A stretch of DNA of 64,000 nucleotides from Hydrolagus colliei (lineage: Eukaryota): NCBI GenBank assembly GCA_035084275.1, contig CM068749.1, positions 14,570,001-14,634,000 on the forward strand. The letters are read 5' to 3'. This document shows, piece after piece, positions 37,282-51,557 of this stretch (position 1 is its first letter; each line of letters starts with the position of its first letter). Below the pieces are notes generated by a model. That model saw only the letters and a list, made by a program, of their open reading frames with translations, had not been told where the DNA came from and ran no database searches. A program made the translations under genes and the position numbers.

Positions 37282-38246
37282 GTAAGTAATCTGTCCTTTT
37301 CCATGAAAATGCAGCATATTTACTATACATTGTGCTGTGGTTTCTTATCTACACAAGTGACAAGATTTCCCCCACTGCAGCATCCCTGGTTCAGAGAGAG
37401 AAGCTTTGTGCCTTTAAAAAGAAATATAGATGTTGGCAAGGAGACCATTGTAAAATGTTAGCAGCGCATACAAGAGTTATTATCACCAAATATTAAAGGT
37501 AATTTCCACTCACGCGGCTATCGAACAACAGCCAGTTTGACAGTCTGCTGGATCTCAAGGGATGTCTTACGTGGGTCAAACTTTGGTAGTCAAATTATGA
37601 TGCATTGTCACGTCCACCATGAAAATTGACAGTCTGCATTAAAAATACACAATCCTTTATAAAATTAACTACCAACCAAAGTGCTGTGAAATAAATCCCA
37701 TTTGGTTGCTGTCTAAACTCAAGACCCTGCTATCTGGTAATCTGTCAGGTATTGGCACATAATTTGTTTTCCACTTGCTAAATAAACATTTTACAGCAGG
37801 GTATGCCATCTGTCTCCTTGTTCATACAACAAGAGAGATTTTGGAAGCATCTACTGTATTAGCATTCAGTGTATCAGTGTAGAAATGCTTTTATGAATCT
37901 TAGAATACCAGTTTTTAGAATGCACAGACGGACTACCTGAATTGTTGGGAGTGATTCATTTGCATTGGTTAATGTTGTATGATTAATGAAAATAGTCATG
38001 TCATTCACTCAGTCTTCATAACAAGCTGCCATGGTAAGGACACAGCAGAAAAGACCACTATTTTTAACTATCACCACATGCTAAAACCCCATGTTGTAAC
38101 ATCAATTTCAGAAACCGAAATTGGTCCACATCTTATTAAGTATTTATCTCTACATATTAAGAACCTTGAATTCTTTCAGTCAATTGTAATGTTTGTTTCC
38201 TTTTTGAAACTCTTTGTACTGACATTGTGATTACTATCTTTGCCAG

Positions 38247-38300
38247 GGCCCAGCTGGTAAGGACGGATTGCCTGGTCATCCTGGACAGCGTGGTGAGACA
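38247..38300 (+). CDS. COL11A1: Exon 37-equivalent, 54 nt, GPAGKDGLPGHPGQRGET
   Basis: tgccag| ... |gtaagt. Confidence 0.96.
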
Positions 38301-41172
38301 GTAAGTATGCCACTCACTGTTGCTTTCTTTTGTGACCAGGTGTGAATCAGAAGTAGCCACCAGCTACTACTAGGCACTTTCTATCACGTGGCAAAGATGA
38401 GCTACACGTTTGTCGGAGGACAAGCATACTGAAAGCATTGTGCTGTGTTCTCACTGCTGCCAGGATTGTCTCTGTGGAAATGAGCAAACTGCTTTTGAAG
38501 CAACGAGGCTGGTGTCAGAATGTCTCCGTGAAGGGGTGTTATGTCAAACTATGATGACATAAAGTCACAGTGATCTGAAAATTGGATTAATGTAGTTGTA
38601 TGGTTTGTAAATATGACACAATGACAACTACATCACTTGTGAGCTGAGTAAGCAAAGCTGCTTATTTGCTGAGTTCCCATATATGAATGGTTCTCGTGCT
38701 GGTTCTTAATCATGTTAGTGATCAAATCAGCAAAGTAATTTACAGTATATTTTAAACATATGAAACAAAGCAAATCATTAGCACTAAATCATTTTACAGA
38801 GAGGTCTACAACAGTGGTATTCCTTAAGGGTGAATGGAAATTTGGAATCCAGTTAAGAAATACAGCAAAAAAATCCCTATATAAATTAAAAGTCTCCATT
38901 TGAGCTGTGGTTGTTCAGACCATGCCATTGCTATGTGCTATTCTATTCAGAGTGGTGCAATTCAAAATGCATTTTCTCTGTTCTATAGTTTGCCTTTGAA
39001 ATGGCAACAACAAAACCCCTTCAGGATTTTAGAGTTATTTATTGAAATTGCTGATTTTGATGCGGGTGAATGTTATCTTTATCGATATAAGGATGTGCAG
39101 CAAAGGAGTGTAGCATCTGATGTAAAGACACAGCATTCAAGATGATGACTTTCTTTTCTGTGACCACTATTCCCAGAGATGTTTAAATAACTTAGGGTAA
39201 AAGCCCAAAACATCTGTTTAAACAAACCTGCCTAACAAAAGAGAAGCGTGTGCAGAGCAAATGTGTGAATGAGAACTATGCAATCCAGTACAAAAGTCTG
39301 TTGATTCCTACCTACTCTAGAATGCTGTCATATAGAGCAAACCTTGTGAACGTTACAGTGCGCATCTTCACAAAACTGATCCCTAGCCTCTTAAGCATCA
39401 TTGAGAGAATAGTATGATTATTAGAAACAGAGGCCAAATGAAAGAGTTCAGTTAAACCAGTTTCACATAAGGTTGGAGAAAAGCAGAGGGAAATGTTGAC
39501 CTCTGAGATTGAGTCAAAGTCTCCATTGTGCGTCAAATGTAAGAGTTTCACGTGAAACTGGTTTGCTTGGATTAGGAATTGGGTGTTCATTTGATGTTGA
39601 GGTTTATTATTGAGCCAAATTGGAGGGTTTATTAGTGGCTGGTAAATTTACAAAGCTTAACACTGCAAAGTGGGATTTTCTTTTTACAAACTCGCATTGC
39701 CAAGGTCAGTTAAAAATGACGAACTAGTAGATAATGAGTCCCTTGTTCAGCAAGGTCAGAAAATATACCAAACATTATCGAATCAGCCCTTTGTCTCAAT
39801 CTAGCTTCTACTGTAACTGATCTGAAAGTAGTTCAGTGCTAACATTTGACATGTAAAATGCAAAACTTGAATTCCCCAGTGGGAAGGGCCTTCCCCTTCC
39901 TGAGACCCTTCCCCTTCTTCTAGGCTTGTTTTCATTGAACCTAGTTTTACCTAGCAGAGCCTGTTGTTGAGTATTGTCTATCAGCAGAAATATTTGTTAG
40001 ACGGCTAGATTCGTTAAAATCTAAAGTGGTATAGTGCTTGAGATTTCGAAACTTGAAGCATTGCTCTGAGATCTTCTGGTATGTATGATTTCTACATACA
40101 TTATTTAAAAACAGAATCTACCACTCATTGACATGAATAAAATCCCAAAATGAAAATTTGTATTTAACCATTTCACGAGCACAGTTACACCGTTAATATA
40201 AGATTTGTTTAATCTTCTCTTCAGTTAAAGTGTAAATTGCATTTATAATTCCCTTTGAACCTTCACTTTAATTCAGTGCTGAGCAGCCCAAATCCCATAT
40301 AAAGCAATTCCTTTATGTATGCCAAAATATTCTATTCACTAGAATGTCAAATATGAAATTGAAAAAAAACTCTCTTTAGGAAAAAGAAGTCTTTGGCACA
40401 ATTTTTATTTGCTTTCTATAAAGAGGGTGGATAAAGTCAAAGAATATGTGCGTTATAATGAGGATTTTAAGTACAAGTGGTGAGTTGGTGTTTGGAGAGA
40501 TGTAACCCACTGTATTTAGGGTTTGCAAGTAAGCAAAACTGCGAAATTTCTGTGGATCAGCATGTAAATCTGGTTAGAATCAGGGGTTGGTATTTGTTAT
40601 TTCCTGTTAGGGATATTAAGTTTTCACCCCTGATAATAAGAGTATCTACTGCATCAATCTTCGACAATCAAATCATTTATGGTTCAGTAAGTGATGTGAT
40701 ATGCATTCACCCTCTTTCAGTCAATCACACTCTCTTTGAACGTATTTGGGCAAATGCTTAACAGTATCAGCGTGCTCACTGTAATGAATTGTAAAAGGAG
40801 CTTCAATGTATATTTAACCACCATAGTAATATTTTTGAAAACACTTTTTTAAATGCCTTTGGGTATTAGTTTCTCTTTTGAAATTTAGTTGTATTGTGTG
40901 GAAGAGATGAAACTGTACACAAGGTTCCTTAATGGCAGTCTCTTCCCATAACATCCTGGTATTCAATGTTTTATGTGCAATCTAATTCGATAAAAACATC
41001 ATAGGTACTATTGCTTGAAAAGAGTTCTCCGTAAAAACAAATACAACCAGAATTTAATGCAGAAGATGGGCAGATATGCAGGGAGGATACTAAAGTCATG
41101 ATAGATAATTGTTTGTGTACCATTATATTTGGGGAACCTCTCAAACTTTACAGTGCACATCATGTGTATATA

Positions 41173-41452
41173 TAATATAATAATCCTTGCATTAGATGTA
41201 GTGCTTTTCATGGGTCTTCTAGTCATCTCAAAGCGCTTCACAAAACATACTGTAAAATTAATTGACCATAGATTTATGGACGCGGTAGCCAATTGCGCAC
41301 GGCAGTGTCCCACAAATATGCATTGAAGTGGCCAATTTACCATTGTTTTTCTTGAGGGATTATCATCAGGCGTGTGGCGTAAGGAAACTTCCTCATTATT
41401 TCGCCTGCTGGAAATTGAACCCAGGTCTCTCACTTGCAAGGCGAGTGCTCTG
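41173..41452 (-). mobile_element. tRNA-derived SINE, reverse orientation
   Basis: taataatccttgcatt ... gccaattgcgcacggcagtgtcccacaaa ... gtaaggaaactt ... gaacccaggtctctcacttgcaaggcgagtgctct. Confidence 0.8.
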
Positions 41453-41761
41453 AGTGGTCATTCCCTATGAACAGTGTTGACTGGAATTACTAAATTGGTT
41501 GGAATCTGTTTCAAATCAAGAAGTAATTTGTACTAGTAATATATTGCCTGGTTATTATATCTGGTCAAAACTACTGTAACTAAACAAAATTGTGTGCTTG
41601 AGAGTAAGCAGCTTGTTTTATTTTGCTTTCTGCATTTCACACTTCAAAAATTATTGGCGATTCCTATCCTCTCAACCTTGGTTACTGTTTATTTTTTAAT
41701 CTTTTTTATTTATTAAATCACCTTTCAATAATGAACTCAAATAGTTTCATGAAATCGATGT

Positions 41762-41957
41762 ATCACAGAAATTCATAGAATTATACAGCACAGATGGAGG
41801 CCATATCTGTGCCAGACATCAACCTCCCCTGCTCTCTCCCTATAGCCCTGCAAACCTGTCCTCCCCAAATAACTATCTACTTCCCTCTTAAAAGTTGTTA
41901 TCAAATTAGCTTCCACCACCCTTTCAGGCAATGCATTCCAGATCCGAACAACTCGGA
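41762..41957 (-). mobile_element. CR1 3' fragment
   Basis: catagaatt...ggaggccat and ttcaggcaatgcattccagatccgaacaactc are reverse complements of segments at 9660-9899. Confidence 0.75.
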
Positions 41958-44900
41958 TCTGGAGTTGAGTGTTAGTTTATATCAGACTTCTTCATTTACT
42001 AAATTAAATGAAATTATGTGCATTCTACTTCATGCTCATCGAAGAGTTCAAACATTTTCCCTATTCCGAATACCATTTACTTCTAAGTTGTATTCATAGC
42101 TTCAAGGTCCTACATGAGAAGAGAGAAAGAGAGAGATGGTCAATTAAAACCAAACTGAGCGGATTTTCATCCAATAGTTGACTCTCAGTCAAAAGTTATT
42201 CGACACACAAAAGAACTATTCTGAAAGTGTTACATGCATATAATGTATATGCAATATTAAGTTGTACTCGCATTAAATAAGCCTAAACAGTTTCCAGTTA
42301 TATAGAGCAGTTGGTGACACTGAGGTGATCCTGGCAGGCTTGCATTTTATCATTTGATTCAACAATTCTGAAGTGTGAGTTTTCTGCTCTCTGGAGAGAA
42401 AATGTAATGAAATAGTCACAAATTGGGGGTCAAGAGAAGGCGTGATTGTTGATGGTGTACTGTTTTGAGAAAATTAAGGACAGTCAAGATAAAGAGATGT
42501 GCTGAGAGAGTCAGACATAGACAGACAGGCGGACGGGCGGACATTAGTGTTCATTTTGAAGAGCAGAACATTTGAAAGGAGAGGCTGTGAGAGACAGATG
42601 GTAATTTAAGCAGAGAGAGATTTAATTGTCCAGAGGGAGTGTCACTCAGAAACCTCATTAATGGGCTGTGTGGTCCAGCTTGTTTATCACGATCTTTGTT
42701 TTGATTAAATTATTTTGTCTGAATGTTACATTTAAGGTGAACTGGGAATCAAAAACAGCTCGATGTGTAATGAAATGGATGAATCAGGTGTAACATTTGG
42801 CTTCTTTGTGGCAGTGAAGGTATAAACTGAAATGGGCCTGAACAATGCCCATCAGCAAATGATATGCATATAAATGGGAATGTTTGGTAGGTTATGTTAT
42901 GTTTTCCAGTTGATAAATCAGTGCTGCATTTGGAAACATCTAGTTACAATGGAAATTGTTGATATCTACATATTTTAATGCTGAACTGATACTTTAGTTC
43001 TAGCTCTTTGATAATAAAAACCCTACAAAAGAAGAGTTGTTATAGATTAGGCAGAAAGGGCTTCTTTTAAATGTTCCATCACTGAAAGAAAACCTTTAGG
43101 CACCACCTCATTCTACTACACCCATCAATTTCATTAAAAAGATCATAGCAGCAGATCTCCTAAGCAACCACAGCAGAGATACTTCTATCTGTGTTTTGCT
43201 GCTCAATAACACTTTTATATTGCCAAGAAAGTACTCCATGCTCTGAATACAGGGCCACTAAATACATTTATTTATAAGTGCAAAGAAAATGGTCTTGCGC
43301 TTTACTGTTTGAAGTACTTTTGACAAACAAAGCAAATAACAAAGCAATGAAAATGTTTTGCTTTTTCAGTGGGGTTTTATACTGCTTATAATGCTGCAAC
43401 TGATGAATCATTCCTTCAAAAATTGTAGCTCCTCTTTTCAAAGAGTGGGGAAAAAACATTAATAACAATGACTAATGTAGAATATTCCATTCGTTTTGTT
43501 CTTTTTAAAATCTCATTGGATTCTGTAAAAGCTGAGCAGCAGAATAAATAAGTAATTTTGCACACAATGAACAAGATATAGTAGGTATATTATAACATTT
43601 AACAGTCCCACAGGTACATTTGAAGAGTTAGTATGTTAATAAGCACTTGAATTTTGTAACTTTACAAAGGTGAATAGGTGATCACAAAGCATGTACCACT
43701 ATTACTAGCAGCCTCAACAGTTGCTAAACAAATCATAGATAGTCTAAAAAGGTTTTGAGATGCAAAAAATTGTATCTTTAGGGAGCAGAGCACTGATGGA
43801 AACTAGGTTTGACATTCCTTGAAGGATGCACGCTGATTAAAAGGCGAGCCATGGCAGATTTAAACATCTCTGAAAGCCATTGTGGAGAAGCATATAGGTA
43901 TATTGTACTACATTTGATGAGAAATAATTATTCAGAGATGCACGCACACTGAATCTCTGCCAGAGAAAGCAGCTGCCCAAGAAGGAGCATATTGTGTTAC
44001 ACACAACATGGAAATGTTTATACCAACAATGGTAGATTTTTGTCAAAAAACATAAAAATGCCAAAGATTAAAGTGATGGCTCTGCTTCAGCCTTGCTTTC
44101 CTTTGTTGTTTGCTCTATCTTGCTCTGGGGAGCTTTTCTCTTTCAAAGCTCCAATATGTCTGTAACCAGTTGTTTCTGGCTGCAGTTCCTTCAAAACACA
44201 ATGCATATTGATGTCATGCAATGGAGAAAATAAATTTCAAAGTATTTTCTCCATCAGAAACAGTCATAAGCCTTAAGCATCCATTTCCATGATCCTTCAA
44301 AAAGGATCTGTCCATGTGTTTGAGATTAGTTTGTCATTTCTTAGTTGGCTGCCTGTGGTATGACATAGATTTGTTTACAATATGGGCAAACCGTATTGCT
44401 ATTCAACAAAATGTACTGTTTCCTGGCTGAGTACTTTGTATGAATTGTACTTTTAAACATATTTCTTCATCAATCATCTATCTTATATAGAAAAAAAGCA
44501 AAACAACCACGTACTTTTCTACAAGTTAAATGTCCTCCCTTACATTGAGAACCACATGTTCCACCATAATTTGAGGAAGTAAATGGTATGCATGCTCTGC
44601 CCCCTGCAATTGTTGTACATCAATATTATTCCTAAATAGTGTTTATACGTGATTATACTCACTGATAGAAGAAGTCATGTTGATTTCTTGTAGCCCATAA
44701 TACAGAGACAGAAAATCTTTGTTTGATTTAATACTTGGAACTACCCAAGTAAGAAGGCTCAGCCTTGAAATACATAAACATGTAATAATTGAAGCAGGAT
44801 AGTTATTGGCTTTGTACAGTGAACAAAATATATTTGTAATACTTTTTTGGGTGGGGAGAGGAGGGCTTGCTTGTTCTGTGTGAATCTTTATCGTTCCAGA

Positions 44901-45294
44901 TTTTGACTTTGAAGAGAATGCGGGCTGAGAGTGACTACATATCTGATGGGTTCCCTGATAGCAATTTAGTACGCTCACCTGACACCATTGTTGTTCTGCA
45001 TATGCCTCTTGACAGAGGCTAACACTTCAGCGTTTTTTGCCCATACTTGAGAGGAATTTGATAGACAGATGTCTCATATGGGAATAACTGACACTGCGCA
45101 TCTCCATGAAAACCTTAACTCCTTGGATGTCCAGGTTACTCTACTCTTCGTTAATCACATTGCCCTTCTATTTTTTATGTGATGCCTATGTTTTTCATGG
45201 AATCTCTTACATTCCTCCTTCCAACTAACTTCAAGGTTGTCAGGTAATTGGCGGATTGCTATTCTGGCAAAAATAATAATAACAATTTGGTTTG

Positions 45295-45461
45295 GCTACT
45301 CAACCAACAACAGTTTGCGGGACACTGCTGTGTGAAATAGGTGCCGCGCTTCGCCCACAAAATATACAGTCAATTCACTTTACAGTATATTCTGTAAGGC
45401 ACTTTGAGGTGCTTCATAGACGTGATAAGGTGCTGTCTCAAATGCAAGAATTATTATTATT
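45295..45461 (+). mobile_element. 3' half of the tRNA-derived SINE
   Basis: gtttgcgggacactgctgtgtg...cgcccacaaaatatacagtcaattcactttacag...(tta)n. Confidence 0.8.
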
Positions 45462-46363
45462 ACGGTGCAAGGATCATGTTTGTTGTAATCCAAGGAAAGG
45501 CATTGAAAGGAAGTAGGAAATGATACACACTATTTGTTATGCACTGAGCTTGCAGAAATCTAATTGCATGGAAACTTTATTAAATTATTTTACGCCCAGT
45601 CCAGTGTATTTTTATTGAAGCAAAGATGTGCAAGACCTGTTTTTTAGACTTTAATTCAGATTGAGGAAAATTGATTAATTTTTTCCCACACATTTGTTGA
45701 TATCAAATGCAAGGATTATTATTATTATTAATATTTTGAAGTACAAGAATGATGAAATTTCAGGACATGAGGTCAACCAGATGTCTCTTCCTGGGCTATC
45801 TATGTGCTGGCAATGCCTCTAACATCACTTCCCGATTTAAGGCTTAGTGGCCATACATTTCGGTCAATACATATAGTAGGATAAGAGCAATGTTTAAGTG
45901 AAGAATGAAAAATAGATGCAAAGAAAAATGTCATTAACGATTCCGAAAATCCAATGAAGCCTAACTATTTATTTAGATGTTTGTCAGGCATTGCAACTAT
46001 TTTGTAAATAAACTTTGCTCTATATATCCAGTCTCTATATTCTGAGTGGTTTTGTACATGTAGATGTTATGCAATCTTAATATCAAGTTGTTTTGAATAC
46101 ACAGTGCATAGAGATCTTCATTGGTTTGGGAGGATTTTTTAAAATGCTTTTTACATATTAAAAAGTTACAAGTGTTGATTTTTGTTACACTGTCCGTTTC
46201 CTTCGTCAGCAAGATTCATCTTTTGGTTTATTACAAAAAAACTTGATTCTCATCTGTTAAAGTTAAAATCAGCGAATGGCTCAACATTACATTTCTTCTG
46301 TAAGCAACCATGGTTTCTTGGTATCAAGAAGCCTTTCTAATCAGGTTATCTTCCTTTCCTCAG

Positions 46364-46417
46364 GGTTTCCAAGGAAAGACTGGTCCTCCAGGTCCAGGAG
46401 GTGTGGTAGGTCCCCAG
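46364..46417 (+). CDS. COL11A1: Exon 38-equivalent, 54 nt, GFQGKTGPPGPGGVVGPQ
   Basis: cctcag| ... |gtgagt. Confidence 0.96.
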
Positions 46418-46594
46418 GTGAGTGTCTACTCTGTTCTTGCCAAACCGATCTGAAACATGCTGTTAAATCAAATGCCTTTGTTCATAACTGTATGTAAACA
46501 GTGCAAATAAAATATTGAATTGACAGTAATTATAACCTTTACTGTCAATGATAGATGGAAAAGAAGGAAGAGGCATTTCACTTAACCTTAACAG

Positions 46595-47007
46595 TAGTGT
46601 CTGGCGATATATCGATATATCGGTTATATCGGTATAATTTTTCATATCAATATGCCGATATTGGAAATTTGAATATATTGGTATATTGAAAAATTCGGTA
46701 TATAAAAAAAATCGGTAAATCACAAAACATCGGTACATCATTTCCAGCAATATATCAGTTATATCGGTATAATACAAACCTTTTCAACATACCTTGTCGC
46801 CAGCATTGCAAACCTGCTGGGCCTAGAGCACGCATATCAGAATGCGCGCACACATCGGAATGCGCGCGCATATCCGAATGCAAGCGCACACCCGAATGCA
46901 CGCGCATACACAGGATAAAAAAACCTGGTGATATCGATATATCGGTATATATATATCAGAAAAATATATATATCAATATCATAAAAATTCCATATCGCTG
47001 GACACTA
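46595..47007 (+). mobile_element. Non-autonomous hAT-type DNA transposon, copy C (related subfamily, same orientation as A)
   Basis: Termini TAGTGTCTGGCGATAT...ATATCGCTGGACACTA; perfect 8-bp TSD cttaacag at 46587-46594 and 47008-47015. Confidence 0.9.
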
Positions 47008-48541
47008 CTTAACAGTGATAGTGGCATTAGCAACAGTGTTGCTATTTTTAGCAGAGCACTGGCTGAAATGATGAACTTGAATTCAGAACTCCCAACAAAG
47101 TTATTTTTGGCAGTTTCATTGTGAAATTGCCAGGGGCCATTCGCAACAATATTTTATCATGGCTCCTGTACAAAACCCTTCGAAAGAATATTCTAACCCA
47201 CACACTGACTGCAAAGTGTAAATGAGGGAATTTATTTAGTACACAGGCATCAAACTCATTATGTTATTGCAGAGAATTTTGTGCAATTGACTCTTTGATA
47301 AGATTAAATGTAATCCGTTGAAAATCCCTGGGTGGTACAATAGATGGCCTAAGTGGATCTTGCAGATGGGAGCCAAATTTATCTTGTGAGTTATGAACTT
47401 CACTGCTGCTGTAAGGATCTCCACCATTGATATCGGCATGCTTTATGGTTCACACTGCCTTAACTTCAGCTAATACCAAACACTGGTGCTGAATCTAATC
47501 TTCAGTAACACTGACAGGATAGTTGGTTTTTTTTAAAACAGCAGATGGTTCATCTTCTGTACGATGGAGCAGGAATCATTGCATTTAGAAAGAAGTTTTC
47601 AGAGTTTACACTGCTCAACGAATGTGCATATGCTTACAATTTGTTTTTAAACGTAGCATCTTGAGTTGAGAACACAAGTTAGGAAATACGTAACTCAAGA
47701 GAAGTAACTGTCCAGCATTCAGTCAGAGTAAAATATAGAAACTGTTAGCAATTTCAGGCGATGTCATCAAACCAAAATATTTTCTAATGACTATATTCAA
47801 CGTAGACAACAAAACTGAAAGATCCTAGCACAAAAAATGCACAATTTGTGAAGAATTTTCATTCTAACTTTTTTTTAAAAAAGCAAGGATTTACTTCTAC
47901 TTTATATTAGGGGGAAATTCAAGTGTTACCAAATAATATGCAGAATAATAATTATGAATCATAATTTTTTAAAATTATTTCAATACTTTTTTCAAATATT
48001 TTGTGTTGGCTTTTATATTTCTATGCAGGTAGATCTAAAGTAGGGAATTATCTAATGTTGGTAAACATTCATATGACTTCACTGCACTTAATTGAAGTTA
48101 ACTTTATTGGTTTTCAGTAAACTTTGTTAAATTCATATTTCATTTAATGGTTTCAGTTTTAAAGTTCATCTTATGCTGGCCTAGGCTCTGCTTGATGAAT
48201 AAGTACAATATGTAGATGAAGTCTAAACCAGCACAATTTGATGTTCCATTAAAAAATGTGGGATTCCGTGTTGCAGTATTGTTTAATAAGGAATCAGAAT
48301 TGTGCAGATGTTGGACATAAATGGAATGATAAATGGAAGTATGTTGTGTCACGGAGAGATCTACTTCTGGAGTGGAGTTCTGTACATCAACTGTAGTTCC
48401 TACTCAGTTTCCATATTTAGGAGCTTCTTCAAGAAATACTCTTAAATTCGGCCCAAAATTGCTAATGAGTATCGGTGACCATCAATACAGTAGACGATTG
48501 CAATTATTTCTAACAGTTTTTCTCTGGACTGGATATTTTAG

Positions 48542-48718
<177 letters not shown>

Positions 48719-49389
48719 TAGATTAAAGTGGTTTATTAAAATTCTACGGTGCTCTTAGTTTTAAACAGGACTGTGTTCTGTCATGTTAGATAGATCATTC
48801 CTACAGCTGGATTCACAGTTATTGAAGAACTTTACCTGATCTGCAATGTTGTGTCTGTTTTGCCAAAGGGCAAGGCTAATTCATTTCAGCAACGTAGTGT
48901 TCAGAGTAAGAAGAACCATTCTCACTTCCTTCTCCTAAAATAACATTCTATCCATACTTGATTTGGCAACCGACTGGGTCATTTTGAAAACTGATATTAA
49001 GAAGCTGTTTATGTGATTGCAGTCAGTATTATGTTAAAAATATTTTGGCTCCTGTTCTCAGCCTTCCTTCTTGTGACAAAAGGCTACCCTCTTTTAACTG
49101 GAAGTTTCCTGGGATGCTGTGGTCATCTGGGCTAAACTAGGAGGGTGGGACTCCTTGTCAAACTGATAGATGCAACATTTTATATGATGATGAGAGATGT
49201 GATGTTGTTCTATGTCATATAGGGGAAGATACATTCCGGCCTGTTGACATTTTGCTTGGTTATTGTCTGTCAGTCAGTGCTCCTTTGTATTGATTAACAC
49301 AAATGATGCACTGAGTGAGGGTAAATTCAGCCTCTTGTAAAAAGCCTTCCAAGGAATGGTAGAACTTACTCTCAGAAATCTCGGTTGAA

Positions 49390-49625
49390 TGTCACTTATT
49401 GTTAAGGTTCTCAATCAAACCCTCAGAATGCGCTCTCAACGTACCCAGGTGTCAACAAAGAATTTTGTTGCCAATAACTGTCATTCAGATGACACATTAA
49501 ACTGAGATCCCATAACACAAAGTAAAGGAAGTTTTTCTTAGTGTACTAACCAACAGTCCTTAAGGTAAATTCATAATTCACTTTAAAGGCTGATTGTGGG
49601 ACACTGCTCTGGGCATATTTTGCTT
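49390..49625 (+). mobile_element. Very degenerate Deu-domain SINE
   Basis: gtcattcagatgacacattaaactgagatccc ... ttgtgggacactgct. Confidence 0.45.
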
Positions 49626-50004
49626 GTGCTGTACCCTTATTGAAAAATGTATTTTATCCTGTAAAATATAGTGCAGATTTTGTCTGTAATAAGTTAAGCC
49701 TGTTTATTTCAGAGAGTTATTTTACACTTCTAAGTTAATAACATCTTAGATTGATGAGAGGTGAAGCTTTTATTTGAATCCTTGCAATTTAAGTAAGTTA
49801 AGAAATGGCACCTGCTGAGAACCAAGTCTTTAAACAGTGATACTCATGAATGTATATTTTCCTGTATTTATATAAGAGACTGGATATGAATCATGCATAG
49901 CATTCTCATCTCAGAACATCCTAAGCAGCAACTTGATTTGGCTACGTATACATTGAGGTTATAAGTACCAAGTTGTTTAAAGTTTGATGTCCCTCCTATT
50001 TTAG

Positions 50005-50094
50005 GGTGACCCTGGTCCATCTGGTGTTGCGGGAAAAGATGGTCCACCCGGCTTACGTGGCTTCCCTGGACAAAGAGGTCTTCCTGGTGCCACG
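50005..50094 (+). CDS. COL11A1: Exon 40-equivalent, 90 nt, [30 protein letters not shown]
   Basis: ttttag| ... |gtatgt; a 90-nt exon is characteristic of type V/XI genes. Confidence 0.96.
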
Positions 50095-50821
50095 GTATGT
50101 AACAGTCGTTCTTATTGTTGAAAAAAAGGACATCAGCAATCACAGTCCACATTGCATCAATATCACATAATATCATAAGGATTCGTAACAGATGAAATAT
50201 TGTGACTCAAATGGATTAGAATTAATTGAAAACTAGAACCTTAAAAAAAAAACAGCTTTGTCTGTACAGGGACAAAGCTGGCACTTGTAAAACATGAATC
50301 AACTGTGATCAGTAGAGATCAGCTCAGGCGTCAGATGCTACTTGTTGACTTATTGGTTGATGTGAGGTCCTACATTTGTTTCCCTATTATCTGTAAACTT
50401 GTGATTCTAAAGCCACACTCTTGATCGCTGATGAAGTTGTCCCAAGTTCCAACCCTAGTTTGAGACATACTTAAAACTCCTAGTTGCACAATGGAGACGT
50501 CTGTGACTGGTGTAAGTCACAAGTAAAATACACAAGATCACAAAAATAAATCCCACCAATTACATGCGATGCCGAACAAAGTGTATATAAATACATTTCA
50601 ATGTATTTTGAAAAGTGCTCAGTTGCTGCCGAGATGTTACATAAACCTTCCAGATTTATTGACTGACAAGGCTGAAGCATCTTAAACTGCTAACTAAGGA
50701 AATGCAAGAAAGTGCAAAAGAGAAAAAGGTGCATTTTAATGTGCATTATGCTCATGTTATAACTGCTACAATATATTTTCGGATCTGATGAAGAATATAA
50801 ACAAGATGTCTCCAATTCCAG

Positions 50822-50875
50822 GGAGCTGGTGGTCTGAAAGGAGGAGAAGGTCCAGTTGGTCCGCCTGGCCCATTG
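50822..50875 (+). CDS. COL11A1: Exon 41-equivalent, 54 nt, GAGGLKGGEGPVGPPGPL
   Basis: ttccag| ... |gtaagt. Confidence 0.95.
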
Positions 50876-51557
50876 GTAAGTACCACACGTTGACTAAAAG
50901 TGCGGGCTTGTCAATGTCATCCATTTTTATAGATTGTTTAGAGAAAAAACACATTTGGTCTAAACAAAAGTATTTTCAAATATAACTTTAGGTCAGCTGT
51001 GGACTTGAAAGATTCACTTTGACATCTCCATATCCTGAGCCTTGAGGGATTTTGTATGCTCTTTGAAGTCATAGTAGCCATAAAACCCATTTTTGAAGCT
51101 CAAAGATTTGCCCTAAAAACCTGAGGAGGATGCAGCCTGACTTAGTTGAATTATAATCAGAAATACTGACTCACTGCTTAAAAGATCGAAATGAGCTGCT
51201 GTTGGCTTATTATCAGTGATTCAAACCATGATCTTTCAGTGGTGAGAGCCAAGTGACTGCTCTTCCAGACCTCACTTGAATCAATAAAGCTCTCTGATTC
51301 TCAGATATTCTCAGACTTCTTTTCCATTGGATATTGGATTTTATTTGTGCTCATCTTTGAAAGAATAACGTTAAGTGTAACGTTATCCCACATAATTTTA
51401 TAATCATTTGAAATAACATATGAAAATATCTAGATGATATTAAGTGGAAATGAGAGAGTTGTGGATCATGGACAAGATGACAAACCAGGTCATATATTTG
51501 GATGGGTTCAATGGCCATTTCACATTCCAACTTTCTTGTGTCCTAATAAGCAAATAC

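Noticed and set aside
38551-38578. C-box/D-box-like words (atgatga ... ctga)
   Set aside because: Too short, with no terminal stem or recognisable guide; a snoRNA call is not supportable.
50005-50094. 90-nt exon breaking the 45/54/108 rule
   Set aside because: A 90-nt exon at this position is a known feature of type V/XI collagen genes, so it is not novel.
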